A model generated the notes under the pieces. That model searched no databases, had not been told where the DNA came from, and saw nothing but the letters and a program-made list of their open reading frames with translations. Source: an uncultured Acidobacteriota bacterium (lineage in GTDB: Bacteria; Acidobacteriota; UBA6911). Taken from it: a DNA stretch of 64,000 bases. Below are positions 20,932 through 31,942 of this stretch, one piece after another. Within the stretch, counting starts at the first letter, position 1; each line of letters opens with the position of its first letter. A program made the position numbers and the translations under genes. Location: NCBI GenBank assembly GCA_963827655.1, contig CAWHCF010000034.1:1-64000 (forward strand), in the 5' to 3' direction.

Positions 20932-21026
20932 AGAATCACCAAAAACTGCGGCGGGGTTTCAGGCAACCCCAAAACGAAGAAAGAGTATAGCAAATCAGTC
21001 AACGGGTTGACTACAAGGCAGGCGCC

Positions 21027-21221
21027 CTACCAGCGGGTCTGGTTGTGCCAGTAGTACAGAACACCGGCCCAGATAATGCCCGCGCCCCCCGTAATCATGA
21101 GAAAATCGCGGGTTGCAGGAACAGCCGCCAGGAACATGAACAGCGTGGCAGCCAGAAACAAGAGTCCCGGTATTCCCTCTACCGGGATCTGATCGATCAG
21201 GATTCCGGGGTGGTATTCCAT
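21027..21221 (-). CDS. Small two-TM membrane protein
   Basis: [22 protein letters not shown]...; two hydrophobic segments. Confidence 0.55.
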   Translation of the reverse strand: MEYHPGILIDQIPVEGIPGLLFLAATLFMFLAAVPATRDFLMITGGAGIIWAGVLYYWHNQTRW

Positions 21222-21323
21222 GCTGGTTAGTCTTCTTCTTTGAGTTTCATGTCTTCTGATAACGCCGGCCGACGCAGAAAGGTTCAAAAATTTCTTCACC
21301 TGAAGCCAGCGCGCCTTGGTCGA

Positions 21324-21358
21324 ACGATTGACGATTTACGATTGACGATTGACGATTG
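21324..21358. repeat. Heptamer array (GATTGAC)n, single arm
   Basis: About five copies; same unit as the murD-ftsW element. Confidence 0.8.
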
Positions 21359-21496
21359 AACCCGCAGGACGGTGGTTGATTCCATCGAGCATTCAATGAC
21401 GCTAAGAAACTCCTGAAACGAAGGGCGATTCGCAATCGCCTTCACTGTGGTACAGTGTGCGCATTTCGACCATCTACGAACTGAAAGGAGGTTCCT

Positions 21497-23599
21497 GTGC
21501 GGCTGAAGCGATTCGTCATAGCGATGCTCAGTTGGTGCGCTGCGATCGTTTTGTGGTCTACGCCTGGGACCATTGGTAACTCGTTTCAGGCGGTCCAGAC
21601 GCCGGGGCCGGTGGCTCTGGACCTTTCTGGCCTGCGTCCCGGACCGGTATCCGTTGCTGGAACCCGAGAGTCAGTGACCGTTCAATGGCAGGACGAATCG
21701 TCAAGGCCATGGACAGCCGTCTTTTCACTCGATCCCGCTCAGCCACTCATCACCGCGATCTCCGTGAACGGCAAACCGATCGTAGAACGGGCGCGTCCTC
21801 TCTATTGGTGCGAGACCGGCAAGCGCCGGGGCGGCTGGGACCAGTTTTTCGATTTTCCGCCCAGCCATCCGGAAGGCACACGCCGGTTCGCCGGAGAACT
21901 GAAGCTGCGGAATGCAAGCGCGCGCACGATAGGGGATCGCGTAGAGATCTTCTTTGAGGGCCTGCGAATTGGAATCTTCGACGGCGGAGTTGCCTACACG
22001 TTCTATCCGGGAAGCCGGCTGATCCAGCAGGAAGCTGTGGTTAAGACCGCGGAGCCCGATACCGCTTACTTTTACGACACCGGCCTGAGGATGGCCGCCG
22101 GCGCGGACGCTCGTCCCGGCGGCAACATGGATTCCCAGGTTTCATACTACGACACCCAGGGCCGGTTGCAGGTCGCCGCGGCTACGGGTCCGGAACGGCG
22201 CCCGCACACAGTGCGTTACCGCGCCATTGCAACCCGTCTGAACCAGGGGAGCCTGGCGCTCTTTCCCGCTCCGCACCAGTATTTCTTCGCGCGCGATTTC
22301 ACCAGCAATCTGGGCTCCGTATGGTCACGCGCATGGCGGGGCGAAATAGCTCTGGGCATCCGGCAGCTCCCGGATGACAATACCAGCTTCTATCCTTGGA
22401 TGAACGCTCCGCCGGGCACGGTCCAGCGCATGGGCGTGTTTTATCTCTTCTCGGATCGCGAACCTCAAGCGGTGCTCGAAGAAGTGCTCCGCTACACGAA
22501 TCGCGACCGGTTCGCGCCGCTGGAAGGGTACAAGACGCTGGCGACGCACTGGCATGTTGCGTACACGGTGCAGGCAATGGCGAAGGGGTTCGACTGGACG
22601 CCGCCGTTCAAACCTGTCCTGAAAGATATGGGAGTGGACGCCGCCATGATCATGGACTTCCACGGCGACGGCCACCCGCGCGATTTGACCGACTTGCGGC
22701 TGAAGGAGCTCGAAGCCTACTACCGGGCCTGCCGCGCGCAATCCGATGCCAGCTTCCTGTTGATTCCGGCCGAAGAGGCCAACGTCCATCTTGGAGGCCA
22801 CTGGGCGCTCTCGTTTCCCAAGCCGGTTTACTGGTTCATGAGCAGAACGGGCGACGCGCCGTTTCGTTCGAAACACCCCGAGCATGGCCTGGTTTATCGA
22901 ACCGCCAACGCCGGAGAAGTCATCGAGATGATCCGGAGCGAAGGCGGCATCCTTTATCAGACCCATCCCCGCACCAAAGGCTCGATGGGTTTTCCCGACC
23001 AGATCCGCGAGACCGATTACTTCCGTGACCAACGATACCTGGGCGCTGGTTGGAAGGCTATGCCCTCGGACCTCTCCACACTGCGAGAGGGGGTGCGAGC
23101 CTTGAATCTCCTCGACGATATGAATAACTGGGGGCTGAGAAAGCGTCTGCTGGGCGAAGTGGACGTCTTTCAGATTGATTCGACTCACGAACTGTACGCT
23201 CATATGAACGTGAACTATGTCCGGATGACGGAACTGCCCGGCTTCGATCGATACGGGCTTGTGCTCGAGGCCCTCTCGCGGGGAGATTACTTTATCTCCA
23301 CCGGAGAAGTCCTGCTGCCCGAGGTTTCCATTGCGCCCGGTCCATCCGGAAGTATCAAGGCGCGCGCCAAGGTACTCTGGACCTTCCCGCTTTCCTTTGC
23401 GGAAATTGTCTGGAGTGACGGAATGCAAACCGAGCGCAGAATCATCCCTCTGGACACGACCCGCGCATTCAGCAGCGGCTCCTTCGACTGGGAGGCAGGG
23501 GGCGCTAACTGGAAGTGGGCGCGAGTTGCTGTTTGGGACATCGCGGGTAACGGCGCCTTCGTCAATCCGGTATGGCGGGAAAGGCAACCTTCACAATGA
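21497..23599 (+). CDS. Secreted 700-aa protein with C-terminal PHP-like metallohydrolase domain
   Basis: AAGGAGG RBS, signal peptide, THWH, DFHGDGHP, GGHW, QTHPRTK metal-ligand-like motifs. Confidence 0.7.
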   Translation: MRLKRFVIAMLSWCAAIVLWSTPGTIGNSFQAVQTPGPVALDLSGLRPGPVSVAGTRESVTVQWQDESSRPWTAVFSLDPAQPLITAISVNGKPIVERARPLYWCETGKRRGGWDQFFDFPPSHPEGTRRFAGELKLRNASARTIGDRVEIFFEGLRIGIFDGGVAYTFYPGSRLIQQEAVVKTAEPDTAYFYDTGLRMAAGADARPGGNMDSQVSYYDTQGRLQVAAATGPERRPHTVRYRAIATRLNQGSLALFPAPHQYFFARDFTSNLGSVWSRAWRGEIALGIRQLPDDNTSFYPWMNAPPGTVQRMGVFYLFSDREPQAVLEEVLRYTNRDRFAPLEGYKTLATHWHVAYTVQAMAKGFDWTPPFKPVLKDMGVDAAMIMDFHGDGHPRDLTDLRLKELEAYYRACRAQSDASFLLIPAEEANVHLGGHWALSFPKPVYWFMSRTGDAPFRSKHPEHGLVYRTANAGEVIEMIRSEGGILYQTHPRTKGSMGFPDQIRETDYFRDQRYLGAGWKAMPSDLSTLREGVRALNLLDDMNNWGLRKRLLGEVDVFQIDSTHELYAHMNVNYVRMTELPGFDRYGLVLEALSRGDYFISTGEVLLPEVSIAPGPSGSIKARAKVLWTFPLSFAEIVWSDGMQTERRIIPLDTTRAFSSGSFDWEAGGANWKWARVAVWDIAGNGAFVNPVWRERQPSQ

Positions 23600-25041
23600 G
23601 GCCGAGGGTTCGTTCAATGATGCTGGCGGCGCTGGCGATCCTGGTGCCGTCGCAGCTGATTCTGATTATTGCCTTGCCGGCAGACTGGTCGAGCTTCCGT
23701 GGACCTAATGGATCAGGAATCGCGGAAACCTCCGGTCTTCCCAGCAGGTTTGGTCCTCAGCTGAACGTAGCCTGGAAGACCCCCGTGCCCGCGGGTGTTT
23801 CCTCGCCAGTCCTGACTAAAGATCGAATTTTCCTCACCGGCTTTGGCGATGGCCACCTGCTGACGATCTGCCTGAACCGGGAGACGGGGCAACTCTTGTG
23901 GCGCCGGCAGATTTCACCGGCCCGCTCGGAACAGTTGCACAAACTCAACAGCCCGGCCTCCGCCACTCCAGTTACCGACGGCGAGAATGTCTATGCTTTC
24001 TTCGCCGATTTCGGCCTGATCTCCTACGGGAAAGACGGAAACGAGCGCTGGCGCATGCCTCTCGGTCCTTTCGCCAACCTGCATGGAATGGGGACGTCCC
24101 CGATACTCTTTGAGGACAAGCTCATTCTGCTCTGCGATCAGGACAAGGATTCGTACCTGCTCGCCGTTGCGAAAGATACCGGGAACGTCGCCTGGAAAAC
24201 CGATCGCAGGGAAGTCGTCCATGGCTTTGCCACCCCGACTGTCTTCAGGCCTGACGGCGGCGCGGCGCAATTAATAGTCCCGGGCTCTTACATGCTGACT
24301 TCGTACTCGCCCGCCACCGGTGAGAAGGTATGGTGGGTACGTGGGCTCTCGTGGCAGGTGAAGGCCAGCGCCGTCGTAACATCGGATACCGTCTTTGCTA
24401 CCGGGTGGGCTCCCGGCGCCGATGCTGGCGAGAGAGAGGATCTCCCCGCATTCGAAGAAGTCATCAAGGAAGCCGACAAGGACCGCGACAACCGGCTTTC
24501 GCCCGATGAGGTGCCCGAGCCATTGAGGCACCGCGGCAGCTGGAACGCCATTGATCTCCAGCGCGACGGATTTCTCGACGCGCGTGACTGGAGTTTCTAT
24601 CGAGCGCGACGTTCGGCGCACAACGTGACCATGGCGGTTCGTCCCGGTAAAGCCACCGGCGATTTAACCGAAACCCATGTCCTGTGGCGTTACGAGCGCT
24701 CGGTTCCACAAGTATCTTCGCCGCTTCTCTACCAGGGCGGCTTTTACACCATCAAAGACGGCGGCATTCTGACGTCACTCGCCCCGGAAACAGGCGAAGT
24801 GCTGAAGCAGGGAAGACTGCAGAACGCAATCGACGGCTATTACGCCTCGCCGGTGGCTGCCGACAACAAGATCTTCCTGGTGAGCGAAACTGGAAAAGTC
24901 AGTGTGGTGAAACCGGGCCGCGAATGGGAGCTTCTGGTGGTAAACGACATGGATGAATCATGCTATGCCACGCCGGCGATTGCCGACAGCCGAATCTATC
25001 TGCGCACCCAGACTACGCTTTACTGCTTTGGACAACGTTAG
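23596..25041 (+). CDS. PQQ-like (BamB-like) beta-propeller protein with EF-hand insert
   Basis: DWSSFRGPNGSG, SSPV, ATPVTDG, DKDRDNRLSPDE, YASPVAAD. Confidence 0.85.
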   Translation: MRPRVRSMMLAALAILVPSQLILIIALPADWSSFRGPNGSGIAETSGLPSRFGPQLNVAWKTPVPAGVSSPVLTKDRIFLTGFGDGHLLTICLNRETGQLLWRRQISPARSEQLHKLNSPASATPVTDGENVYAFFADFGLISYGKDGNERWRMPLGPFANLHGMGTSPILFEDKLILLCDQDKDSYLLAVAKDTGNVAWKTDRREVVHGFATPTVFRPDGGAAQLIVPGSYMLTSYSPATGEKVWWVRGLSWQVKASAVVTSDTVFATGWAPGADAGEREDLPAFEEVIKEADKDRDNRLSPDEVPEPLRHRGSWNAIDLQRDGFLDARDWSFYRARRSAHNVTMAVRPGKATGDLTETHVLWRYERSVPQVSSPLLYQGGFYTIKDGGILTSLAPETGEVLKQGRLQNAIDGYYASPVAADNKIFLVSETGKVSVVKPGREWELLVVNDMDESCYATPAIADSRIYLRTQTTLYCFGQR

Positions 25042-25076
25042 CGCCTTGGCGACCTTGCATTACTAGGCCGTAATTC

Positions 25077-25184
25077 CTTGCTTTTTTGGCGAGATTCTTG
25101 GTGTTTCTTCGCGTCTTTGAGTCTCAGTGGTATTTGTTAGACAGCTCCAACCACGAAGACACGAAGAAACACTAAAAGCACTAA
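25077..25184. repeat. Nonamer-type palindromic element (ACCACGAAGACACGAAG family)
   Basis: Inverted arms; closely related to 46430-46522 in opposite orientation. Confidence 0.75.
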
Positions 25185-25251
25185 GCTTTGCCAAACCAGG
25201 CGGCAGCAAGCTGCCGCACTTCAAAATGCGAGACTGATTCATTGCGAAGGA

Positions 25252-26136
25252 GTGAACATGAACGACGTCAACCGTGGGTCCGTGATCGTTAACTTGTCAG
25301 ATGTGAGCGGCAAGACAATTACCGATCAAGTTGAAATGACCTTTTATAACCAGCGCAGCCAGAGTCTCAGTCAACGATTCAAAGTGCGTTTTCGGGGTGC
25401 GCCCGTGACTCTTCCCGATGTTCCGGCATTCCCTTTCGGTCTGGCCGAGGTATTCATAAAGCCCAAAAAATACCGGTTCAAGACGATTTTCGTGGATGTG
25501 CCTGCCGGCGAACCGGGGAGAATCACCGAGAAGTTTCTGGTAGATCCCAAACGCGTCTCGCCTGTGTTCCCGACGTTCAACGAACTTCAAAACCAGGCAA
25601 AATGGAGTCTTCTGACCAAGGTACTGAGAGAGTCGGAAATCTCGAGCGAAACCGCGTGGGATAAGCTTACCAGCCAGCAGAAGGCCGGATTGCTTAACAT
25701 TTTTTCCAAGATGCAAGATGAGATCGTGGATGGCGAAAAAGTGGGATTTGCTTTTCTTGAGAGAGTGACCAGATTTTTGCCCGCAAGAATCTACGCGCTG
25801 GTCGAGCGTGATTTACATGAAATCATCAACCGCAATCAGGATCGATTTCGACGGGTTTCGGGAAGTCTTCACGAATTTGGTGAGGGATGGACAATGATCG
25901 AGGATCCTAACAGCTTCAAGAGCACCAAGGGCCGGGCCGGAACATTGCAGCTTACCTTCGCCAGAGACTCAGGAGGCCGGATGATGGCAGACATCGACAT
26001 CGACGACCACGCCGGGATCAAACACGCTGCCGACGTTCTCAAACACAAGATTACCGACACCGATACTCATCCATATGACATTCACAACATTCTCGTGATG
26101 TTTCAGGGAGTGGATCCAGGGTATGGTTTTGCCTAG
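25252..26136 (+). CDS. Hypothetical cytoplasmic protein with His/Asp-rich C-terminus
   Basis: 294-aa ORF, lower GC; DIDIDDHAGIKH..DVLKH...THPYDIH. Confidence 0.75.
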   Translation: MNMNDVNRGSVIVNLSDVSGKTITDQVEMTFYNQRSQSLSQRFKVRFRGAPVTLPDVPAFPFGLAEVFIKPKKYRFKTIFVDVPAGEPGRITEKFLVDPKRVSPVFPTFNELQNQAKWSLLTKVLRESEISSETAWDKLTSQQKAGLLNIFSKMQDEIVDGEKVGFAFLERVTRFLPARIYALVERDLHEIINRNQDRFRRVSGSLHEFGEGWTMIEDPNSFKSTKGRAGTLQLTFARDSGGRMMADIDIDDHAGIKHAADVLKHKITDTDTHPYDIHNILVMFQGVDPGYGFA

Positions 26137-26147
26137 AAAACAGAGAA

Positions 26148-26243
26148 AACCGGGACGCCCACTACGCAACCGAATATTGATGAAGTTCGACGAAACCGTC
26201 CTGGCTTGTCAACAGTCGGTTGACGTCGTGGACGTCCTCCGGT
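26148..26243. repeat. Imperfect palindrome between convergent genes
   Basis: ACCGGGACGCCCACTACGCAACCGA / TCGGTTGACGTCGTGGACGTCCTCCGGT. Confidence 0.6.
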
Positions 26244-26246
26244 CCC

Positions 26247-26810
26247 CTATTTTCCAGGTATCGGGTTCTTGGGAATAACCCAGAAGTAGACGGATCGGCC
26301 TTCGACATCTATCGTCTGGTCCGGCTTCCAGTCACCCATGTCGAAACTGTGCGACACGATTCGGGTGCCTGGCTTCAGTTCCTTGAACAGTTTGGGCCGG
26401 AGCCGCAGATTGAGGTTGGGCAGCAGATAGAGGGTCACGACGGTGGCTTCGCTGATGTCGGTTTCGAAGAGGTCTTTCTGAAGGAATTTCACTTTGTCGC
26501 CTACCCCCGCCTGCTTGGCATTCGCTTCCGCCTCCTTGATTCGCTGCGGATCAATATCAATGCCTACGCCGCGCGCGCCGAGCTCCTTGGCGGCGGCGAT
26601 AACGATTCGCCCGTCGCCCGACCCGAGATCGTAGATGACATCATCTTTCGTCACCTTCGCGACCTTGAGCATTTCGGCAACAACCTCGGGAGGTGTAGGA
26701 ACATAGACCACATCCGGCGTGCGCGTCTGAGCAGGTGTGGCTTGGGCAAACGCGTAGCCGGCTCCCAAAAAACAGACCGTAAGATAGAGTAGAAAGTTTC
26801 GGTATGGCAT
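26247..26810 (-). CDS. Class I SAM-dependent methyltransferase with signal peptide
   Basis: DVVYVPTP, YDLGSGDGRI, GIDID, VTLYLL, RIVSHSF. Confidence 0.9.
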   Translation of the reverse strand: MPYRNFLLYLTVCFLGAGYAFAQATPAQTRTPDVVYVPTPPEVVAEMLKVAKVTKDDVIYDLGSGDGRIVIAAAKELGARGVGIDIDPQRIKEAEANAKQAGVGDKVKFLQKDLFETDISEATVVTLYLLPNLNLRLRPKLFKELKPGTRIVSHSFDMGDWKPDQTIDVEGRSVYFWVIPKNPIPGK

Positions 26811-27286
26811 CACATGTCTCCTTGCTCAAGCATGTCCGTCCCGCAGCCTCGCTTGAAATCGAAATTGCAGAACGCCTGCTTTACTTTTTGCGTTTGGCGA
26901 ACTTGCTTCGCGAGTCCTTGTCCTCCAGTCTGGGGTGGAGACTCAACCAGGTCCCAAGAAATGCGAAGCCTTGGCCGTCACGACCATGGTATGAAGAAAA
27001 GGTACGCGCTGGAACATGGTTCGTTTCGCCTTTTGTCCCGGCAGGCAGGCCGACCTTGACACGGCATGCCGGTTCAAGATTACGCAGAAGAGGCGATCAA
27101 TAGCAATCGCAATCTTGCGCTCGAGGTCATGTTTGCAGTAGCTTTGCTTATTCGAACGAAGTTCTTCGGTGTCTTTGAAAGGAATGATTGCGATGCCTTG
27201 CTTGATCCCTTGTCGCAGCTTCACTGCCGACGCTAACCGCGAAGACGCTAAGACTCGAGGAAGGAACAGAATCATGAGCTTCTGGA

Positions 27287-28171
27287 GTGAGTGTCGATAT
27301 AGGCAAAAAGCTATTATTTGCAGCCATGTTAGTGTCAATACCTGCAGTAGCACGCGAACCGCTCGAGAAGCGGATTGGAAGGACCGATCCCTCTAAGTAT
27401 CGCGTGGCAAAGTCGGTGCATGCCGGCGCGGGCGAGCTGCACTATATGGGTTTGTTCGACGCGACTTCATTCAACACCAACCTGATTTTTCTCCACCGCG
27501 GCGTCATTCCGCCGAAGGGTGGCATCGGTCATCACTACCATAATCACATGGAGGAGATGTTCGTCATCTTCGACAACGAAGCGCAATTCACGATCGACGG
27601 GCGCACGTCCCTGCTTCAAGGTCCGGCGGGCGCGCCGTGCCGCATGGGTCGGTCCCACGCAATCTACAACCCGACCGACAAGCCTACCGAATGGATGAAT
27701 ATCGCGGTCGGGAGCATCAAGGGAAAATACGACGCTACCGATATTGGTGACGATCGCGTGGGCGTCGCGCTCGATCCCAAGCCGGTTTTCATTACTCTGC
27801 GGCTTGACAAGAAACTGTTGCGCCCCAGGGAGAAGATGCACGGGGGCAATGGATCCGCCCAGTATCGGCGAGCACTCCCTCCGGAAGTGTTTTTCAGCAA
27901 CTGGTCTTACGTTGATCATTTGGTGTTGTCTCCTGGCGTCTCGGTCGGCCGCCATCGTCACGAAGGAGTGGAAGAATTCTACTACGTGATCAACGGCCAG
28001 GGGATTGCGCGCATCAACGATGAGACGGCCGCCATCCACAAAGGGGACGCCGTCCCGGTTCTGATGAACGACGTGCACTCCTTTGAGAATAACAGCGCGG
28101 CTGAGCTGGAGTTTCTCATCGTCGGCATCGCGCGGCAAAAATGGGCTCTCGACACAGCAGACGTGCCCTGA
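27287..28171 (+). CDS. Bicupin protein
   Basis: GHHYHNHMEE and GRHRHEGVEE cupin motifs; N-terminal signal. Confidence 0.85.
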   Translation: MSVDIGKKLLFAAMLVSIPAVAREPLEKRIGRTDPSKYRVAKSVHAGAGELHYMGLFDATSFNTNLIFLHRGVIPPKGGIGHHYHNHMEEMFVIFDNEAQFTIDGRTSLLQGPAGAPCRMGRSHAIYNPTDKPTEWMNIAVGSIKGKYDATDIGDDRVGVALDPKPVFITLRLDKKLLRPREKMHGGNGSAQYRRALPPEVFFSNWSYVDHLVLSPGVSVGRHRHEGVEEFYYVINGQGIARINDETAAIHKGDAVPVLMNDVHSFENNSAAELEFLIVGIARQKWALDTADVP

Positions 28172-28210
28172 AGAATTACTGAGGCCAGGACTCTGAAAGG
28201 AACAGCCATC

Positions 28211-28729
28211 ATGAGTGAGATCGCGATAACCCCGCAACAAGTCCGAGTGCTGTACGACTACAACGCCTGGGCCAACCGCCGGACGCTCGATGCCTGCAGC
28301 GCGCTCGCGAACGAACAGTTTACGCGCGATCTGGGTTGCAGCCATCGCTCCGTGCGCGATACGCTCGCCCATATCATGGGAGCGGCGTGGATCTGGCTGG
28401 AGCGCTGGAATGGCCGTTCGCCCTCGGGCCTGCCGCCGAGCGACCAGTATGATAACCTCAGCACCCTGCGCGCCCGGTGGGGTGAAATCGAGCGCGACCT
28501 GCTGCAGTTCGTCGCGGGGCTCTCCAAGGAAGAGCTCGAGCAAGACCGGCCGTATCGCACCACGGAAGGGAAGTCGTATTCGCAGCCACTGTGGCAAATG
28601 CTCCAGCACCTGGTCAACCACAGCACCTATCACCGCGGCCAGGTCGCCGCGATGTTGCGCCAGCTCGATGTCAAGCCGGTCGCGACCGATCTCATCGCTT
28701 TCTATCGAGAGCTAGGCGCGAGTTCTTAG
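28211..28729 (+). CDS. DinB family protein
   Basis: YNAWAN, SVRDTLAHI, HLVNHSTYHRGQ. Confidence 0.92.
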   Translation: MSEIAITPQQVRVLYDYNAWANRRTLDACSALANEQFTRDLGCSHRSVRDTLAHIMGAAWIWLERWNGRSPSGLPPSDQYDNLSTLRARWGEIERDLLQFVAGLSKEELEQDRPYRTTEGKSYSQPLWQMLQHLVNHSTYHRGQVAAMLRQLDVKPVATDLIAFYRELGASS

Positions 28730-28788
28730 CGTTTCATCAACCACAAGGACGCGAAGCCACCAAGAAACGCAAAGTGTTCAAACCAGAT

Positions 28789-30666
28789 ATGTCTTTCCAT
28801 CAACTGGTTGTTGGCTCTTTTGTGGTGATCGGTTTTTTGCTCGTCCGAGCCGAGGCGGCAGTGGATTCCAAGTCGCAACCACCCAATGTCCTCTGGCTCA
28901 CCTGCGAAGACATGGGACCGCACCTGGGCGCGTATGGCGACCGGTATTCCACGACACCGAACCTCGACCGCTTTGCGGCGCGCGGACTCCGATATCTGAA
29001 TGCCTGGTCGAACGCGCCTGTCTGCGCGCCGGCGCGGACCACGCTCATTTCCGGTTTGTACCCGACCTCGACCGGCTCAGAACACATGCGAAGCATGACA
29101 AGGTTGCCGGCGCGCATGAAGATGTATCCGCAGTTCCTGCGCGAAGCGGGGTACTACTGCACCAACAACAGCAAGGAAGATTACAATCTTGAAAAGCCGG
29201 GTCAGGTCTGGGACGATTCTTCACCCAAGGCACACTGGAAGAATCGGAAAGCGGGCCAGCCGTTCTTCGCGGTCTTCAATTTCACCATCACCCACGAGAG
29301 TCAGATTCGTCGCCGCCCTCACCAACTTGTGCACGATCCGGCCAAGGTTCGGCTGCCGGCCTATCATCCCGACACGCCCGAAGTCCGCCATGACTGGGCC
29401 CAGTACTATGACAACATCACCGAAATGGACGCGCAGTTCGGCGCGCGGCTCAAGGAGCTCGAGGAGGCCGGGCTGGCCGGGGACACGATCGTCTTCTTCT
29501 ACTCCGATCACGGCTCCGGAATGCCGCGCAGCAAGCGCTGGCCTTACAATTCTGGTCTGAACGTTCCCCTCATCGTGCATTTCCCCGACAAGTTTCGGCA
29601 CCTTGCGTCCAAGGGTTATGCGCCTGGGGGGACGACGGATCGGCTGGTCAGTTTCGTCGATTTCGCGCCCACGCTGCTGAGTCTCGTGGGTATCAAGCCG
29701 CCGGATTACCTGCAAGGTTATAGCTTCATGGGACAATACGAAGCTGCCCCACAATCCAATATCTACGGTTTCCGCGGCCGCATGGACGAACGCTACGATA
29801 TGGTGCGATCGGTTCGCGACAAGCGCTACGTCTATATACGCAACTACATGCCGCATCGAATCTATGGCCAGCACGTCGCCTACATGTTTGAGACACCGAC
29901 GACCCAGGCATGGAAGCGGCTCTTCGACGACGGTAAACTGAGGACGCCGCAAACCTATTTCTGGCAAGTGAAGCCCGCCGAGGAACTCTATGACCTCGAG
30001 CATGACCCGGACGAAGTCAATAACCTCGCCGGTTCGCCGCAGCACCACGAAATCCTGAACCGCCTGCGGCGCGCTCAGCAGGAACTGGCGCTCAGGATCC
30101 GCGACGTCGGTTTCTTGCCGGAAGACGAAATCCACACGCGGTCGGAAGGCTCGACCCCTTACGAGATGGGACATGACAAACAACGGTATCCTCTCGAGCG
30201 CATTCTATCCGCGGCCGATCTCGCAGCCTCGTTTCACCCCGAGGGAGTCGCGCAGCTGCGGCAGAAACTCGGGGATAGAGACAGCGCCGTTCGCTACTGG
30301 GCGGCGATGGGTATACTGGCGCGCGGCAAGTCAGCGGTGACCGCCGCCCGGGGCGAGCTTCACAAGGCCTTGCTGGATGAAGCGCCGAGCGTGCGGACGA
30401 TGGCAGGCGAGGCTTTGGCCAAGTACGGCGACGAGGAAGATTTGAACAAGTCCTTGCGCGTGTTGCTGGACCTGGCGACTTCAAGCAAGAAGGATCTCTA
30501 TGGATCGATCCGGGCTCTCAATGCGATTGATGAACTGGATGCGAAGGCGGCGTCGGCCCTACCAGCTATCAAGGAGCTTGGCCGATCCGAACAGACGGCG
30601 AACTCGCGCACAAGCGAGTATGTCGCCAGGCTGGTGGAAAAAATCCTCGCTGACATGCAGCGGTGA
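28789..30666 (+). CDS. Formylglycine-type sulfatase with C-terminal HEAT repeats
   Basis: PNVLWLTCED, CAPAR, SDHG, EELYDL..DPDE; DSAVRYWAA HEAT repeat. Confidence 0.92.
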   Translation: MSFHQLVVGSFVVIGFLLVRAEAAVDSKSQPPNVLWLTCEDMGPHLGAYGDRYSTTPNLDRFAARGLRYLNAWSNAPVCAPARTTLISGLYPTSTGSEHMRSMTRLPARMKMYPQFLREAGYYCTNNSKEDYNLEKPGQVWDDSSPKAHWKNRKAGQPFFAVFNFTITHESQIRRRPHQLVHDPAKVRLPAYHPDTPEVRHDWAQYYDNITEMDAQFGARLKELEEAGLAGDTIVFFYSDHGSGMPRSKRWPYNSGLNVPLIVHFPDKFRHLASKGYAPGGTTDRLVSFVDFAPTLLSLVGIKPPDYLQGYSFMGQYEAAPQSNIYGFRGRMDERYDMVRSVRDKRYVYIRNYMPHRIYGQHVAYMFETPTTQAWKRLFDDGKLRTPQTYFWQVKPAEELYDLEHDPDEVNNLAGSPQHHEILNRLRRAQQELALRIRDVGFLPEDEIHTRSEGSTPYEMGHDKQRYPLERILSAADLAASFHPEGVAQLRQKLGDRDSAVRYWAAMGILARGKSAVTAARGELHKALLDEAPSVRTMAGEALAKYGDEEDLNKSLRVLLDLATSSKKDLYGSIRALNAIDELDAKAASALPAIKELGRSEQTANSRTSEYVARLVEKILADMQR

Positions 30667-30685
30667 GTTGTAAGGAGGGTGCCTT

Positions 30686-31922
30686 TTGCGATTTCTTTGC
30701 TTCGTTGCGTCTTCGTGGTTGATGGCGGTCCAATTGCCAGCGCAAACCCGGTACGATCTGCTCTTGAAGGGGGGGCGCGTGCTCGACCCGGCCAACAACA
30801 TCGACCAGGTGATGGATGTCGCGGTCTCGGGTGGACGGATCGCGCGCATGGCGAAGGAGATTCCGTCGTCTGAGGCAAGGACAACCATCGATGTGCGGGA
30901 TCTTTACGTCACTCCGGGTCTGATCGACTTGCACGCGCACCACTTCGGCTACACGGGCGCCCTTTTCCCGGACGACGTCATGCTTTCCGCCGGGACGACA
31001 ACGTCGGTCGACTGCGGCGGCGCCGGCTGGCGCAACTTCGATGAGTTCAAGGCGAAGATCATCGACCGCGCCACGACGCGTGTTCTCGCCTTCATCAACA
31101 TCGTGGGGCGCGGGATGCTTGGCGCCGAGATCGAAAACAATGTGGAGGACATGGATCCTGCTGCGACTGCGGCGAAGATGCGGCAGTACCCCGACCTGAT
31201 CGTCGGAATCAAGACCGCTCACTTCAGCCGGCCCGGCTGGGCAGCGGTCGAGCGCGCGGTTGAAGCCGGGCGCCTCTCGGGAAAACCGGTCATCATCGAC
31301 AACAACATTCTGAGCTGGACGGGGCGGGATACGCGGACCAAGGTTCTCGAAAAGATGCGCCCGGGCGATATCCACACCCACACGTACAACGACCGGCATC
31401 TGGAGATCGTGGATCGCGCAAGCGGCAAGCTTCAGCCGTACATGGTCGAGGCGCGCCGCCGCGGCGTGCTCTTTGATCTCGGACATGGATGCCGGAAGCT
31501 TTCTCTGGCCGGTGGCGGAGGCCGCCGCAAAGCAGGGATTCATGCCCGACACGATCAGCACGGATCTGCACGCCAGCAGCATCATGGGGCCGCAATCCGA
31601 CATGCCGAACTGTATCTCGAAGATGATGCTGCTCGGCATGAAGCTCGAAGAGGCGGTTCGCCGCTCCACCGTCCGTCCCGCCGAAATCCTGCGCCGCTTC
31701 CCCGAGCTGGGCACACTCGGGGAGGGGCGTACAGCCGACGTCGCCGTATTCAAGCTGGAGCGGGGAGTATTCGGATTCAAAGATGCCTGGCTTATGAAGC
31801 GGCTGGGCACCCAGAGGTTGGTATCCGTATTGACAGTGAAGGAGGGAAAGATTGTTTTCGATCTCGACGGCCTCAGTTTCCCCGAATGGCAGAATGCGGG
31901 CGACTACCAGCGGATTCCGTGA
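30686..31922 (+). CDS. Amidohydrolase/deacetylase family metallohydrolase (frameshift near 31490)
   Basis: YDLLLKGGRVLDP, DLHAH, GIK, HTH, DLGHG, then TISTDLH and ADVAVF in the next frame; start uncertain. Confidence 0.85.
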
Positions 31923-31942
31923 GATGAAGATATCTGATTCTC

